Shown here: positions 40,577-55,996 of the stretch, piece by piece
Numbering within the stretch: position 1 is the stretch's first letter
How the letters are laid out: each line of letters starts with the position of its first letter
DNA from: Eledone cirrhosa
Lineage: Eukaryota
Reading direction: 5' to 3'
Assembly (NCBI GenBank): GCA_964016885.1
Contig: OZ024742.1
Coordinates: 154,442,001 to 154,506,000, forward strand
DNA length: 64,000 nt
Position numbers and translations under genes: made by a program
The notes under the pieces: model-generated
Database searches by the model: none
What the model was told of the DNA's origin: nothing
What the model saw: the letters and a program-made list of their open reading frames with translations, nothing else

Positions 40577-41849
40577 GTATAAACTGCATTACGGTGAAAT
40601 GTAATGAAAACGAAAAAGGAGAAAACTAGCGACGGAAATATAAACGTTATATAACGATGGAAATATATGAACGTTTATATAAGCGATGTGATATAGCGTA
40701 CGTACGTTAACCGGAAGTGTAGACATCTGAAAATTTTAAAAGAAGGGAATCTTAAAAATAAGCAGTCATTATATATAAGAATATTTATGTTTAATCAACA
40801 GCTACGAAATTTCGTACATAAATCATATAATCTCCATTCATTATTTATTCAAAATAATCCAACTTATTTTACAAACGGGGTAAAACAATATATATTCAGG
40901 GCGCAGTCCTGCACTGCTCCCTTTATTATATTAAGTTAAAAATATTAACTAAATATTTATGTTTAATATTCACATTATATGATCGATGACTTCGATAGCA
41001 GAGCCCTGAGGACGATCAAGAAAATCAGATGGATCTACCACTTCTAACTAAGAGCTGTGTGCACGCACGCATCAGCCCGCTGCCTTCACTCTCATAGCCA
41101 TCTGTCGCATGCCCTAGTAAGAATTTGTATTGCACTTCCCTTCAAATCATACTACCAGATAATACTTTGCTGCAGTTATGTGAGTGTATTTATGTTCTCA
41201 ATTATTATCCCGTCTTTGTCAACCTTCTATTTTTTCTTTCCCTGAGTAGGTAAATGGCGGAGCAATGGAAAATCGAATTGTATTTACTCGACTTTACATT
41301 ATCACGAATTGTGTTTAAGATAAAAAACTACATACCATGCGAGTGATACTGCTTTATACCACTCGATGTGGTAATCAACTAACTATATGGATCCATCAAT
41401 AATCAATGAGAGAACATTATGGTGTTTCGATCTACTTTGTAAAACAAGTAACAATCGTTTCTGAAATAATGATAAATATTGTGTACTCCATTATGTCCTA
41501 GAGGACATAATGTTCATTGGAAGGACAAGCTGTCTTAAAAAAATAAGGGAAACAAGATAACATGTATAAACCATAATTTTGACTTGAAAAATGAAAATGT
41601 TAATGATGTTTACAATGCCAAGATCCTGTCAATTGTCGCTAAAGCCTTTAGGAACATGACACATAACTTGAACATAAATATTGGAAAGGTAGACACCAAT
41701 GTTGGAGTGAAAGAATTGGAAACATCTTGGTTAATTGGATAAGCAGAAACAATACTGAAAGACCTTGACACAAATATAAGGGCTCTTATCAATAACATAG
41801 AAGGACAATAATAAGAACAAGAAAGAACAAGAAAACATATTATCCTAGA

Positions 41850-43269
41850 GCATGGGTTTTGTGCAGATAGGAAGCACAATTAATGCTGACACACTATGAA
41901 TATTATGTAACAGCAATACCCACAACAGATATTACAACAGTAACAACAATAATAAAAATAAATGAATAATATATCATTAAATAACATTTCAAAAAATTAC
42001 ATCTTGCAATGTGAACTTTCGGGAAATGTAATATCGTTCCGTGATTGGTTGAGTTGAATAAGAATGAGCAAGAGAGAGGTGTTGATTAAGGAAGTGTTGT
42101 GGGTAAAGTAAAAAAACATAAAACAACAGAAATAGGTGGTAGTGGTAGAATAGGAGAGAGAGAGAAAGCTTAATAGCCCAGGAGAGAAGGTAATACAATT
42201 TAGAGAGGTGGAAATCATACACAACAGAGCTAGATTGTAATGGAAAAGGAGTCTAAGTGCCCATATTAAGAGGATAATAAGAGTGAGTGATGAAGTGGAA
42301 CAGACCATCGTATGGTGAGAAAAAAACCCGTTGAACCTAACAATTACAGACCAATAACATTCCTATCCATCAGGTGTAAACTCTTATCATCAATACTCAA
42401 TTACCTTGTGTAGTTATTTCTACAGGAAAACAATATCTTACCAATAGAACAAAAAAGGTACAAACGAGGATAATATAGTTGTAAAGAGTAACATTTAATA
42501 AACAATACTGCTCTACAAGGAAAATAAAGCTCAGCACAGCCTGGAGAGACTATCGAAAATATTTTTATATACAAATACTTCCATCTCTGGAGATTTACAA
42601 AATATCCACAAACATTATAAATTTCTTTAAACAAATCGAAAATATTTTTATATACAAATACTTCCATCTCTGGAGATTTACAAAATATCCACAAACATTA
42701 TAAATTTCTTTAAACAAATTATGCTTTCATAGAACACAACTCGTTTCGAGAAACCCAGCAGATTCTGAAGAAATCCCGATACGCTGAGGAATATTCCAGG
42801 GATATTTATTGACCCCTTCCTCTTCTCTATAGCATTAATCCCTCTTTCTCATGAAATAAGCAATTCGACCTATCACTACCAAATCAAAGAAAGCTTTGTC
42901 AGCCATCTCTTCTATATGGATGATCTTAAGTTCTTCGCTAAAGATGACAACATATTGAAGGTCTGGTTATGACAGTAAACTATTTTACTGTCGGCACAGG
43001 CCTGGAATATGGTCTTGATGCGTGTGTAAAACTGTCCTTGAAGAAAGGCAAAGTAACTGCAAGTTCCAAATTAGACTTGGACATTAATACAAACATAAGA
43101 GAAGCTGGTATCTTTCATTCGAAATATGGTGACCAAACGGTTAAATACAGGCAGTTTCTTTCATTAGAATTATGGTAATGAATGAGTTAAACATAGGTAG
43201 TGTGTTGTGTTTCATAAGAAATATGTAGTGAAAGTGTTGTCTTATTAAAATTAGGGTGGTAGGGATTTT

Positions 43270-43312
<43 letters not shown>

Positions 43313-43660
43313 GCTCTATATTTACAACTACAACTATCCTAGCAACTCTGAATGAATATGGTGAGGATAATTCTAACCCAAATGAAAACAAAATTTAGAA
43401 ATGAATATAGACGTGTGTGACTTATCTTACACAGAATATCCGCAAAAAACAGCTTAGCAGCACATGTTGATCGACAAAGTTTCTACATAGTTAAATCGAA
43501 AGTACAGTATATCAAAACAAATCGATACTAAGCCCGTACTCTTTTCATGTCAACGTATGCACCATCCAAAGCGAACGCTGAGCGATTCTACCAGCCAAGA
43601 TCTGAGTAATGTACAGGACTAATCCAATTGAAGCTGAAACTACAAAACAACAATAAATTG
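41850..43660 (+). pseudogene. Degraded R4/Dong-like (RLE) non-LTR RT, with an 83-bp tandem duplication at 42552-42719
   Basis: NYRPITFLS, IFQG, SHLFYMDDLKFFAK, GLEYGLDACVKLSLKKGK, MHHPK..ERFYQPRSE..GLIQL. Confidence 0.85.
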
Positions 43661-43674
43661 GCCTGCAACAATAA

Positions 43675-43857
43675 ATGTTTCTATTTTAGGCACAAGGCCA
43701 GCAATTACTCAGTGCATTACTGGTACTTTATTTTATCGACCCCGTAAGGATGAAAGGCAAAGTCAACCTCGGCGGGATTTGAACTCAGATCGTAAAGGGA
43801 CGTAACTATGCTGGAAAGCATGGCGTCCGAGCCTCTACCGATACTGCCAATCCACCG
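43675..43857 (-). mobile_element. tRNA-derived SINE
   Basis: Full copy; TSD ggcctgcaacaataa. Confidence 0.92.
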
Positions 43858-44052
43858 GCCTGCAACAATAACATGAGGTAATCAATGATTGGATGATGAG
43901 GGCAGTAAAACAGCATGAAGGCAGCTTTACTCCGTGATAAAAGAATGCACCAAATACATACACGAGATATATCTAAGCGCAGATGTTGTACAAGAAACAC
44001 GTCTTCCACCAATAGTGCCAACATCATCCAGACCCGGTAACTGAAATTGGTA

Positions 44053-44168
44053 ATAATTGTTTCTACTATTGGCACAAGGCCAGCAATTATCCCAGTGCAT
44101 TACTGGTACTTCATTTTATCGACCTCGTAACGATGAAAGGCAAAGTTAACCTCGGCGGGATTTGAACT
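44053..44168 (-). mobile_element. 5'-truncated SINE
   Basis: B box, core and tail only. Confidence 0.85.
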
Positions 44169-45619
44169 TAACTTGGTATTTGAACTTAACTTGAAATTGA
44201 TAATACAGTGGGATTTTACAATACAAGTTGACAAAAACAGATGTTCATATCAACCCGCTGCCAAGAGAATATATAAATTTTCACTGTTATTCACAAAAGT
44301 AGGATGATCTCATGCTCTTTATCTATCTTCATAAATTTATCGGAGAAAAGCGCTATGGTTTATTCGACATTTATACGTTTCCTAAAAGAGAGTATCATCC
44401 AGAGACTCCATATTATAGAAAATATTTTTATATTATTCCACACTTTTGAAAATTGTGAAATGATAATATTTCGTTATTTTCTTTCCTCTTGTTTTTGTAG
44501 CTGCTGGTGCTGGTGTTGCTGGCGTTGCCACTGCTGCTACTGTTCTCAGTGTTACTGCTGTTTTAGTTGTTCTTAGTACTACAGTTTTTTTCTATTCAAA
44601 TGGAGTTTTACCAAAATATACTTTTCTGTCAGTTTGTTTGTGTGTTTGTGTGTTTCTCCTTTTGCAACTCTATTTATATTTCATCCTATGTATCTCTTTA
44701 TAATTTTACATTATCCATCTTAATGAATGTCACAATCCTAGAGTTTTTGAAACCTTCATTTGCCACTATCTAATAATTGCAAATTGTTCGTCATAATACA
44801 GATAATTTTCATATTTCCAAGATGTTATACTATTATGTATGATTTACTTTCATGCACTTTGATTTCAGAGGCAGATTTTGTTTGCATGACAGCGGTAGTC
44901 AACTTCTATATCTGGTGGCTAGGCAAGATGAATATATTATGTGCATTGTGAAAATTGAACTAATATAACCATTAAAATAATACTCAAATCAACATTCTAA
45001 CATGATCAATAATAGCTCGGATGGATTGATCAGAATAATTCCAACGACAAGAGTAAAACTGACAGCGACAGTAGAGAATATCGGTAACAACAAATGAAAT
45101 ATACATCGTGTAAGTATGATGTAATGTAAAAAATGTTTTCATATATGCATGTGGCGTTCAAGATAATAGCGGAAAAGAGGCAAAAAATAAACCCCCCAGT
45201 CAGTTAAAATGATGAAATAGAATGAATACATTATGCGAAAGAATGGATAAAATATACATTGGTATTTAGATGTAACTTCCTCAAAGCAAGACATTTTGGG
45301 AAAATCATGATATAGCTAAACAACATAGGATGATATTTTACTACTCATGGCTAAATAACACGGGTAATAAAATAGTATCCGATAAATGAAGGGGAGAACT
45401 GTACTGACTAAAGTCACTTGCATATAACATTAAAATTCCACTTTGATTTATAGAGTCGATGAGGTATTTCAAAGCCATTTTCCCTGCTAGATATTTAGCT
45501 GTAATATATTTTCTACAGTAATTTCTTCATTATGTGAGTAAAATATTTGCAATAAATTCATATAAATTCAGATTGGGCAGCCGACTCAAAATATATATGT
45601 TTGTTTTTCTTGTGTATTA

Positions 45620-48158
45620 CTGCGCAAAATATTGAGAACTGGAAGCTATTTCCAGTGGCATTGTGACTGATGTGCTAGTGGCGATAATGACATTAGGCAA
45701 TTTCTTCAATGCGGAGCACACATGTTGCATTGCCAGAACAAAGGTGCAGGCTCTAAAAACGAGGGACCGAAAGCTGTTCGATTTGTCCGTGTGGTTGTGG
45801 GGCAATGTGGTAACAAACAACGATTCGCTACTTCACGGGTCGAGACGAATACGTGCTGAACGATTCCGGGCAGATGTGTGCAGACTTTTTTCAACCCTTT
45901 TTATTCGACTGTAAGTTATGGATGGGTGGTCAGAAACGGAGGCGGATTTCAGTTCCTATCTCCACGGACTGCCGTGACAATCCCCAGGCAATGCTAAGTG
46001 CTGCAAAGGGCCCATAACTTCAGCCGGGATTCAAGATTCTCTGTTGTTTGCACGAGGCGCAAAGAAGCCGATTTGGAGGTTGTGCCCTACGGGTTTTAAG
46101 CAGAAATGGCAGACTTATTCTCCGATCACCTCGAAACAATCTACTGCAAATGACAGCAGAAAGGGAGTATTCCCAGCTGTGAACCGAGGCGTAGAAACGG
46201 TAAACAGGTAAGATAAGAAGAAGAAGGATACTGTAAATAATTTCAGTTCCATAAATCAATTAATCACAAAGGTTAAGATTTTGGCCACGGTATCAGTGAA
46301 GAGATTGTCACTTGACTACGTGGGTCTGGTAAGTGAGGCACAAACTGGCGCAATCCCAACCAGGCCCATACACGACAACCTCCACCTCATGTGGTACATT
46401 ATAGAGAGGGTAGGTTGTAAAACTAGCTTCGGTGTGTTTCTAATTAATGTAGATGTCTTGAAAGTTTTCAATAATGTCGGTCATCAATATTTGGAGGCTG
46501 TGCTCAAGGCAACAGGCTTCGATCACATTTTCAGAGACTGGATCGCTGTAATGCACAGCGGCAACTACTCGGTGGTCAATCTAAACGGCCACTTTTTGGA
46601 ACCGCTTTAGATCGCACGATAGGTCCATAAATGGTTCCCTTCCCTCTGTATGTATTGATTATCGAGTACTGCAGAAAATGGAGTTGTTTAAAGATAGCCC
46701 GTTCAAACAGAGTCGAGGAAGAGCTGTGTCGACACATGCGAATGACATCATCGGAAAAGTAGTGGTCTTGCAGTTCGGCACCCGGAGAAGATAATCCATA
46801 CCGTTCCACAGTGTCAACGGACGGGCCGGAAATGTTGATCTGGGTTGGGTTCGGATCGGAGCTCCAGGTGGATAAGTACTTGGACGAGGTTTTCAGCAGG
46901 ATGGCAATTATCACTCAGAAATGGGCCGATAGGAAACTATCCCTGAGAGATCAGGGGAAGGTAACGAACGCGTATATCGCATCCGTTATCTACTAGCACC
47001 TGAACTTGGATCGTCTGGTCTTCTGCGTTATATCGAAGGGACAGGTTCAATTTGTAAGGCGGTCCATCTGCTGCCAGCACCCTCTACCTAGAGGACTTGG
47101 CATACCGTGCCTAGTAATGCGGAAACAGGTGCTGAGTCGATGGCATCTTCAGATATGCGTAAATGTTGAGCAGGTGTGATCGCCCTTTAGGAAGTAGGCC
47201 TTTCCGCATCTTGTCTCATTCACTGAGCAGCAGTCCTGGGTCATGAAGAGACCGAGACTGGGTACCTTGAATCTGGAATGTTACCATGACTTTACTGCCT
47301 CCACAAGCCGAGAAATTTGGTCAGTGTCAATTCCACTGCAGAATTATATAGCGTTTGAGAGGTGGTCAAGTGTCAAGATGCTCTTTGAACGTATCTGGGC
47401 TTCGACGAAATCAGACTAACAAGACTGCCTGGAGGTCTTTCGAGCCGGTTACTATGGATAACTTCGAGAATTTACTAGCTTTGCAGTGCCACCGGAGGGC
47501 ACTGACGGCTGGTTATAAAGTCTATAGGCATTGACGTGCTGTGAAGCAGACCTGTACGAGATACGCGAAGTGTCTCGAAACCGTTTTGCAGGCACTTGTC
47601 CAGTGCCCGTGCATAACTGACCTGTAGAGTTGTGTCTAACAGCTGTTGGGGCATGTAGGGCGGATTCAACTATCTACCGAGCCCATAGTGAATATCGCCC
47701 CACCGCCTACCTATGGCTTGCGAGAGCAGGTTGAAAAGACTGAAGCCGGACACTTTTCTCTTTGGCCAATCCCTCATCAACTTTTTCAAGTTTCACTAGG
47801 AAAGAAATGTTACATCCGGAGAATGTTACATCCAGTAAATTTTCTAAAATATGGGGGATTGTTGCAAGAATGGCCAGTGTGAAGGGACTTAACTGAGCAT
47901 GCGCATGTAGTCTGGTTGAATTGAAGGGAGGAGGGGTATTCTTCCCGGGTTCCCTCGAAGCATCTAGTGTTTCAGGTTTAGTGTGGTACCTGAGTCACGC
48001 CTGGGTGGTAATCCCCACTATTTGAGAATTTTCATTGTATTTTTCTTATTATCTTGTTATTGTTACATGTTTTACACGTTTTTTATGCAAACCCCCACTG
48101 ACACTCATTGTTGTATTGTCTACTATATGCCAGCCGTTGTGGCCAATAAATGAAACAA
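45620..48158 (+). mobile_element. Degraded Tx1/L1-like LINE ORF2 and 3' UTR
   Basis: KILATV..RL, EAQTGAIPTRPIHDNLHLM, LINVDVLKVFNNVGHQYL, WADRKLSL; AATAAA near the end. Confidence 0.82.
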
Positions 48159-48167
48159 TGATTTGCT

Positions 48168-48186
48168 GTAGTAGTAGTAGTAGTAT

Positions 48187-48233
<47 letters not shown>

Positions 48234-48802
48234 ACAGCACCAACAACAGAAGCAGTAGCAGCAGCAACAGAAGCAGCAGCAGCAGTAGTAGTAGAACTAG
48301 TAGTAGTAGTAGTAAAAGTAGTATATGTAGCTGTAGTTTTAATCGTAGTCGTAATAATAACTCGATTACACATTACTTTGATATCTATTCTCTGTAGAGA
48401 TTTGCTACACATTCTTTTAGATATATTGATTGGTTTGTGTTTAACTTGTTTGTAACAGCAAAATTAATTCACAAGATGAGCGCATTGCATGTATACATGC
48501 TGCAGACAAATACTGCAAACAACAAAACAACAAATAAACATGGTGTAGCAATCATAGGTCAGACACACGAAATAGAGAAAGGCAGAGCCGCTGAATCTCT
48601 AAATGGTAGTGCTGGTGTTGGGGATGCTTGTATTGATAGTGTTGGTTGTGTTTGTCGTGGTGGAGTTAGATGTGCTGTTGTTTTTATAGTTGTAGCTTGT
48701 GTTGGTCGTGGTGGGCGTGTTGATGGTTATAGTGCTTGAGTTGTTGTTACTGCATTTGTTGTTGTTACTGCATTTGTTGTTGTTGCTATGTTAGTAGGAG
48801 AG

Positions 48803-48838
<36 letters not shown>

Positions 48839-48853
48839 ACATCAGCAGCAGCG

Positions 48854-48889
<36 letters not shown>

Positions 48890-48904
48890 ACATCAGCAGC
48901 AGCG

Positions 48905-48943
<39 letters not shown>

Positions 48944-49012
48944 ACATCAGCAGCAGCGGTAGTAGTAGTAGTAGTAGTAGTAGTAGGATGAGGAGGAGGA
49001 GGAGGGGGGGGG
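48168..49012. repeat. Compound (GTA)n/(GCA)n/(GTT)n triplet array with three higher-order units
   Basis: Direct reading. Confidence 0.9.
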
Positions 49013-49335
49013 TTATGACGGTGTTTGTATTTGATATTGTTTTCCAATGTCAGATATTACTAATGCAGCTGCCAACATAAACTAACGAAGACTATATACG
49101 TAACTAATGCCAATGTGTGTGAGATGAAGTATGGAGAAATCTCGGATATAAAATATTTCTAATGTACTTATCAGTCACAACTAATGCATTTAGAGGAGAC
49201 CCGAATCAAAAGTAATGTAGATAACAGACAGACCGTAGATATGAATATTGTTACAATGTAAACACGAGTGATTTTCCATATAGATTATACAGTTATACAT
49301 TAAGCCTAATACAGTTATCAGATAGATGTAATGCA

Positions 49336-49413
<78 letters not shown>

Positions 49414-52400
49414 TTATATATATGTGTGTATGTGTGTTTTGTGTGTATGTGTGTGTGTGTGTGTGTCGTGTATGTGTGTGTTTGTTTGGTGAAAGCATAA
49501 GTCAAGCACAAATTAAGTATATTTTGCTCTTGGAAATATCGTCCTAATGAAATCTTCTATAGAGAGGTAAAGTCAATCAGCACAATTGTAATATTTGGTA
49601 TGTTTTTGGATGTTCCCCTAATACTTCAATGGACGGAACTAAACTAAAACTATAAACATCTTTGTTTCGAAGCCCCGTAGGTTTACGCAGTCCAATGCAA
49701 CTCGAAATATAGGCAATTGTCATAACTATAATTGTTCCAAAGCAACGGCCTCATTCAAATAGTGTATGCAGTCGACTGAACATTTTTCTGTTGATAACCA
49801 ATACGTATTCTATTCATTCATGAAAGTGGAAAACGAAATCCATAATTCCCCCGTCTGATATCAAACGTTTTAGACCAGACTCAATTTCAGTTAGATATTT
49901 TATCTAACTGCATAATATTTACGTTCCTCTGTCATCCTCGTTTTCTCACTGATAATAGAATCTAAAACTATCACAATCCTACACGTATAATATCAGTGTT
50001 GGTGGCCTTCATTGAATTGAATCTAATACATCAAGGATATGTCTCTTATAGATTTCAGAAAGACGAAAACTGAAGGTGATCTCGACAGGATTTAAAGCCA
50101 GATGGTAAAAGCAGTTAACTGTATAGTGAAGGCATTTGTCCGACCCTAAACTGATAATATCAAGTATTTTTGTTAGTTACTACAATAGATATACGAAATT
50201 TAAATATCAAGCATACTTACGACAAAAGGATGCATGTCCCAAGCAAAATATTGTAAACGTGGTATAATAATAACCTACTAACTGGTGCACGTGGCCACAA
50301 GTATTACAAAGAGGTAAGTCAAATGCATCGACCAAAGTACTTTAATAATTAAGATACATGGTCACCAGTATTAAGAAGGGAAAAGTCAATTACATCGATC
50401 CTAGTATTTGACTGATACATTTAATTATCAAACTCCGAAAAATTAAAGGACATGTAGTCAATAACCGAAACAAATATCGTGAGATTTTCTCAGATAATCT
50501 ATAAGTTACACAATGTTGGTTAAATTCATTTAACGTTATATGCTGTAGGCCCTGACGTGCATACTCCCAACCAAGTTTATTCACAATTAACACAATTTCA
50601 TGTGATAAACCATAGAGAGTGTAGGGAGTAACATTTGCTCGCAGCAATCGAAATAATTCTACATGTTCAAACATTGTTACCATCTCAGGGACCCTAGTTT
50701 CAGTCTCGTCTTCCCAGTAGCATCGCTTCGATGCACAAGAACATCTGCTGCATGATCAGAGTAAATTACCGGATCGCTTCAATGCATAAGTGCAAAGATA
50801 TATGGTGTTTAGAGTAAATGGCTGGACATCTAGTTCATCTCATTTCTTTTGTTTATTGTGGAATAAACGATGTTCATTTTTCAGGTAGTTCAAATGCTCC
50901 CAACTCCGTTTTACACAGGATGCATGTCAATCTGTGATTATTAATGGACAGAGATGTTTTTTGCAAATATTCCAAGACGCAGAATAGGCGTGCTCACTGT
51001 TTGTAATATGCGTTTTTCCCACTTCGTCTCTTTGAAAGGACTTCAGTCTTAGGTCAGTTGATAAATCAGGTTGCCTGGCATCTAAAATGTTGTCGGTCTC
51101 GCGCAGTCCTCTACCATATGAGTAATGCGTCGGTGCACATTCCTCATTGGCATTTTATAGAGAACTAAATACGGATAAGGGCAATAATATTCACGAAGAA
51201 AATTGAGACACCGCTTACAATGATATGACTAGTCTGTTCCTTAGAGATGTTGGTATGAAATTTGTGGATAATTTCCAGAGTTACCTAATTTCGCAGTGCT
51301 AGAGAAGAGAAGTACCGGTTCGTGACAGACTCACCAGACACGAAATAGCTGAGATATGTGTTGAAGGATGAAACCTTCATCAATAAATATACGTTGTTGG
51401 CTTGTGCTGATATGTCGAACAACAATTAACACACTTTGTGTGGAAAATTGCCATTTTACTCGATGTAAATACTACAAATGTGATTTGTAATCCATCCTTG
51501 AACCGTCCATGATATCATCTAAGGCAAATTGAATTGGTTGAATTGGTAAAGCCCAGGATGAAATGGCATTGTATATATCGACTGGTTCTTTAGTTTCTCA
51601 GTTCATATACCACCGAGGTTAACTTTGCTTTTCATCCTTCCTTGATCGATAACATAATGTAGTAGCTAAGTACTGTGATTGATATAATTAGACGTTCTCT
51701 ATCCCGAAATTTATGCACTTCCACATAAATTAGAAATCAATATTTTTGTTTCCAATAAAATCATTATTATTATAATTATCATATTTTTCTTCTAATCACA
51801 AGCAGCATATATTTTAGCGTACATGATTCGCCGTATATACCATATGTTTAAATACGTTCAATAGACATTACATTAGGATGCCTGTATTTGTATTAGAATT
51901 GACAACAATATGTATCCGCAATACATTGTATTCACAAAACAAGCCAGATAACCTTTGTGTGAACGCTCGACCTCAGGGATTTCGCCTACGAATAACAATC
52001 TGCATTCTAGAAAAATAGATTATACATTGGTTAGTTTTATCTTAAAAACTATGTAAAAAAAACTAATAAATGGTATTTAAGAACTAACATGCTAAATAAC
52101 AAACAATCGGCTTTTGAACTCAGATCTATAAATCTTGTAAATACATGCCGCAAAATATTTCATCAATATGTTACTGTTCTGTTGACTATTACTACTTAAG
52201 TCAAGAATATAATTTTTTTTTTCTGTCAATAATGTAGAAATATCCTTTATTTCTATTTCAAATAAACGTGAGAATTTGAAAATACCACCGCATCATTTGA
52301 ACAACTACCTTATTTCAAAGAAAATTAACACGCTTTAATAGAAAATTCCAAATCTTTCGTGACGTCCATCCATTGAATACATAATTTTGTGATGCCTTAT

Positions 52401-52914
52401 CGCAAAATTGTATATTTTCATGAATCACGTAAATTGATTCCTATGACAATCATATCATATCCGATGGTGGTATTTCTTGTGAGAGGGAAACATGTTATGA
52501 TTAAAATCCTTCTTTTTATCGAAATAAGGTAATTGGAATGCAACAATGTCGTGAAATTAGGTCCAAGCAATTTCTACTCCAAGTAAAATAAATATTTGCA
52601 AGCATTCGCCATGCAAATTCATAGTACAGTTAGTTTACAATACAAAATGTTGAAGCATTTACGCAGTTGTAATATCAGCTAGAAACAGAGGTCTTTAATT
52701 GCACATTTCCTACCCTAAATTTGCTGGGCTTGTACCTAAATCAGAAAACATTAATTACACACTTTATAATGGTTAATTACACATTTTATGTATGTCTGAT
52801 TACGTAACGCCACCGTTAATACGCACCGAACAAAGATGGGTGCATATAGGTAAGTGCATATTCCTTCATAAGATTACAATTCCCAAAACGACTAAATGAA
52901 TTTAAAAGATTACT

Positions 52915-53112
52915 TAAGTGAGAACGTCAGACACCATGCTTTGCAGCATAGTGTTATGGCCTTTTACGTTCTGTGTTCAAATCCTACCAAGGTTAGCTTT
53001 GCCTTCATCCTTACAATGTCGATAAAATAAAGCACCAGTAAGTACTGGGGTCGATTTAATCGAATTTCCCCTCCCCTTCAAATTGTTGGATTTGTGCCTG
53101 AAGTAGAAACAA
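52915..53112 (+). mobile_element. Diverged SINE
   Basis: B-box-like gttcaaatcc, core and tail. Confidence 0.8.
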
Positions 53113-53832
53113 TTAATTACACACTTCCCTGTGTTTAAACTGGGAAAAAAGACTGATAAAATATATCTCCGCATACATTATGTAAAAACTCATTGGTCAA
53201 AGGTATATCCTTATTCAATATGGTATATCGGATAAATAAAGTTTTAATTTGACCAAACCCACAAAATAGGAACAACCTTGTAAAATAAACCAGATATTTC
53301 AATTATATTCCTGAAGGGATGGAGGGGGTGATGAATTAGGCTTCTATAGGAATAGAATCTAGGCCACAGTAGGACGTACTTCAACAACTAAGGAATGACG
53401 TTTGATGCTCCAATGTTTCTGCCATTCACTCACTTCTTCATATGGAAATTAGGTAAAATACACAATGGTTTTATTGTTTCTTTAGGTGAAACCTTTAGAT
53501 TGCGAAGAAACGAGTAAGAATTTCACTTGATTAATCCCTACCTAGCACTATGTTTGCTCGAATCATTACTTATACAATCACGTGTCAATATGACAGGCAA
53601 AAGAATAAATGTACACACATACACATACATCAGTATATGTTGCTCCAGAATGAAAGTTTTATATAACTTTATTGTTCACTTCGGCTACTAGCGCACTTCT
53701 TAAGATACACAGACACACACAAACACAAACTCTCATATATATGTGTGTAAAAGGTAAACAAAAATAACAATACAATCGGTAAAGTTTATGGAAGGAATAT
53801 ATTAGGTTAACGCTTGAGATAGCAGGAAAGGG

Positions 53833-53868
53833 TCTTGACGTTTCGGACGCTAGTCCTTCACCAGAAGA
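53833..53868 (-). ncRNA. Classic minimal PLE-type hammerhead (A6G) in a short 3'-end fragment (about 53735-53960)
   Basis: tctt CTGGTGA a-ggac-tagc-gtcc GAAA cg TC aaga. Confidence 0.78.
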
Positions 53869-55671
53869 AAGAAAGAAATAAGACAGGTGGGTAGGAATTG
53901 GAAAAAAAATGTATTTAGATAAAAATAACAGGTCCATTCATGTTGACGCGCGCGCACATGTGTGCGTATACATAAAGTTGGTTCAAATTAATTGTAGATC
54001 CAAAGTTCCGAAAATATACTTTGCTAATTAGAATAGTGATTCGTTTGTTAAAAAGATCAGTTCTTTCTTGCATTTGGTCCTAATGCTTTACATATGATAA
54101 TTATTTGGCAAATACTGCCTCAAACAGAAATATTTACATGTGGATTTGTATGAAACATGTATCTGTCTTTTACATCTGAAATACTATTCTTCCATGGTTA
54201 TTCTTTAATTAGACGTCACTATACCTGCCTAATATATTACTTTTAATGACACAATCACCTTAGCCATTTCATCAATCGGTCGTATCGATCTTGGTATGTT
54301 TTGTTTGCTTGTTATTTGTTATACATTATTTGTCTCTTGAAAAATGTTAATCGTATTTTACTATGTCGAACATCTTGTATAAAAAATCTTTCGTTTTTTT
54401 TTGTTTTGACACCTCACATTATATTGTATCATTGTTCAAAAATGTATTAATTATACACGGCTATCAACCGATGTATCTTCTCGACATTCTGTCTTTTTTT
54501 TGTTTGAATGTTATTTTCTTTTATCTCTCCATGTGGTGGCAGAATATAATAATAATATTTTAATCGTCCACAATGTGTTTGAAAGCATAAACAAAGAAAT
54601 CAATAAAATTATGAATAAAATATGCTATACATTTCTTTCTTTCATTTGTTCATTTTTTTACATTGTCTTTTCAGATTTTCTCCTTTGCGCTTTTACATGT
54701 AGTTTTATCTGTTTTCGATTTTACCGTTAAGATTCGTCGAATTATTTTACATGTATTCTGGTGAAGGCAACTTGAAAGAAATTTAAAAAAATTAACTATT
54801 TTCTCTATGCTTTGATTTCATTTTTTTTTTTTTCCACTATTTGTATTTTACTGTCATTAAATTTTAACATACTTTATCAATTATTCCATTACGATTAATA
54901 TTTTTCACGAGCCCTTTATTGAAGTAACTGTACAGAACGTTTAATTTATTTTTAGTTCTTAATTGACAATCAAAATGTTCTTGTTGTGGTATTGATTTTG
55001 TACTTGCTGTCTCCTACTTCCTTTCTTTTTTACTCCAATTAATTTCTGAAAGATTTTCATCAGTTCAAAATGATAAAAGTTTTATTCCCACTGTGTTTTC
55101 AAGAATAAAACATTAATAACAATATCTAAATATTCCCAATACACTATCCGTGTTATAATACTTTCTTTAAGGAAACAAATGTATTTTTATGCAGCTATCT
55201 ACATATAAATTCGTCGACAAAGAAACAAATATGCTTCAAGTAAAAAATGAAATCCCCACTAAAAGAAACGAACCCAGTAACATATAAAATTCCCATTTAA
55301 TTTCAATATATATTTTTTTATGAAATATTTTCTTTAATTAAAAGGATGCATTCAGGACAATAGCGGTGTGTGACTTCACAATTCCAAAGGGAAATGAATG
55401 TTTTATTTGCAAGTAATTGTTCTAATGATAAATGTTGTATTTACATTCTTTAAATATTTAATAAAATTAGCAAAACTGTTAGGTTGCTTCACTTGATTTT
55501 TATCGTCTATTTAGATTGTGTTCTTAATGATTGGATTTCAAACACACCGTGAATAGATTTATATTACTATACAATCACGTGATATTGGTAAAAATGATGT
55601 CAATGTAATACACAAGAGAAAACTGAATATACAACTACGGAATTAAATCATTATTTGTTATATACACATAG

Positions 55672-55860
55672 GGCGGTTGATTGGCAGTATCGGTAGTGGG
55701 TCGGACGCCATGATTTCCAGCATAGTTACGTCCCTTTACGATCTGAGTTCAAATCCCGCCGAGGTTGACTTTGCCTTTCATCCTTACGGGGTCGATAGAA
55801 TAAAGTACCAGTAATGCACTGGATAATTGCTGGCCTTGTGTCTAAAGTAGAAACAATTAT
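55672..55860 (+). mobile_element. Full-length SINE
   Basis: TSD attatttgttatata. Confidence 0.92.
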
Positions 55861-55962
55861 TTGTTATATATACCTAGCTATAATTAAAATTGAATTACAA
55901 AACAATTTAGTTGTGGAAAGGGAATTAAAAACATGAATACACTCATACTCTCCCTCCTCCCT

Positions 55963-55996
<34 letters not shown>

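Noticed and set aside
41000-41060. CTGAGGA box
   Set aside because: No correctly placed GAAA/UH with stems I and III; the same applies to boxes near 920, 6015, 6945 and 29723.
48727-49047. Mucin-like Thr/Pro-rich ORF
   Set aside because: Pure triplet repeats open in several frames on both strands; no signal peptide or splice support.
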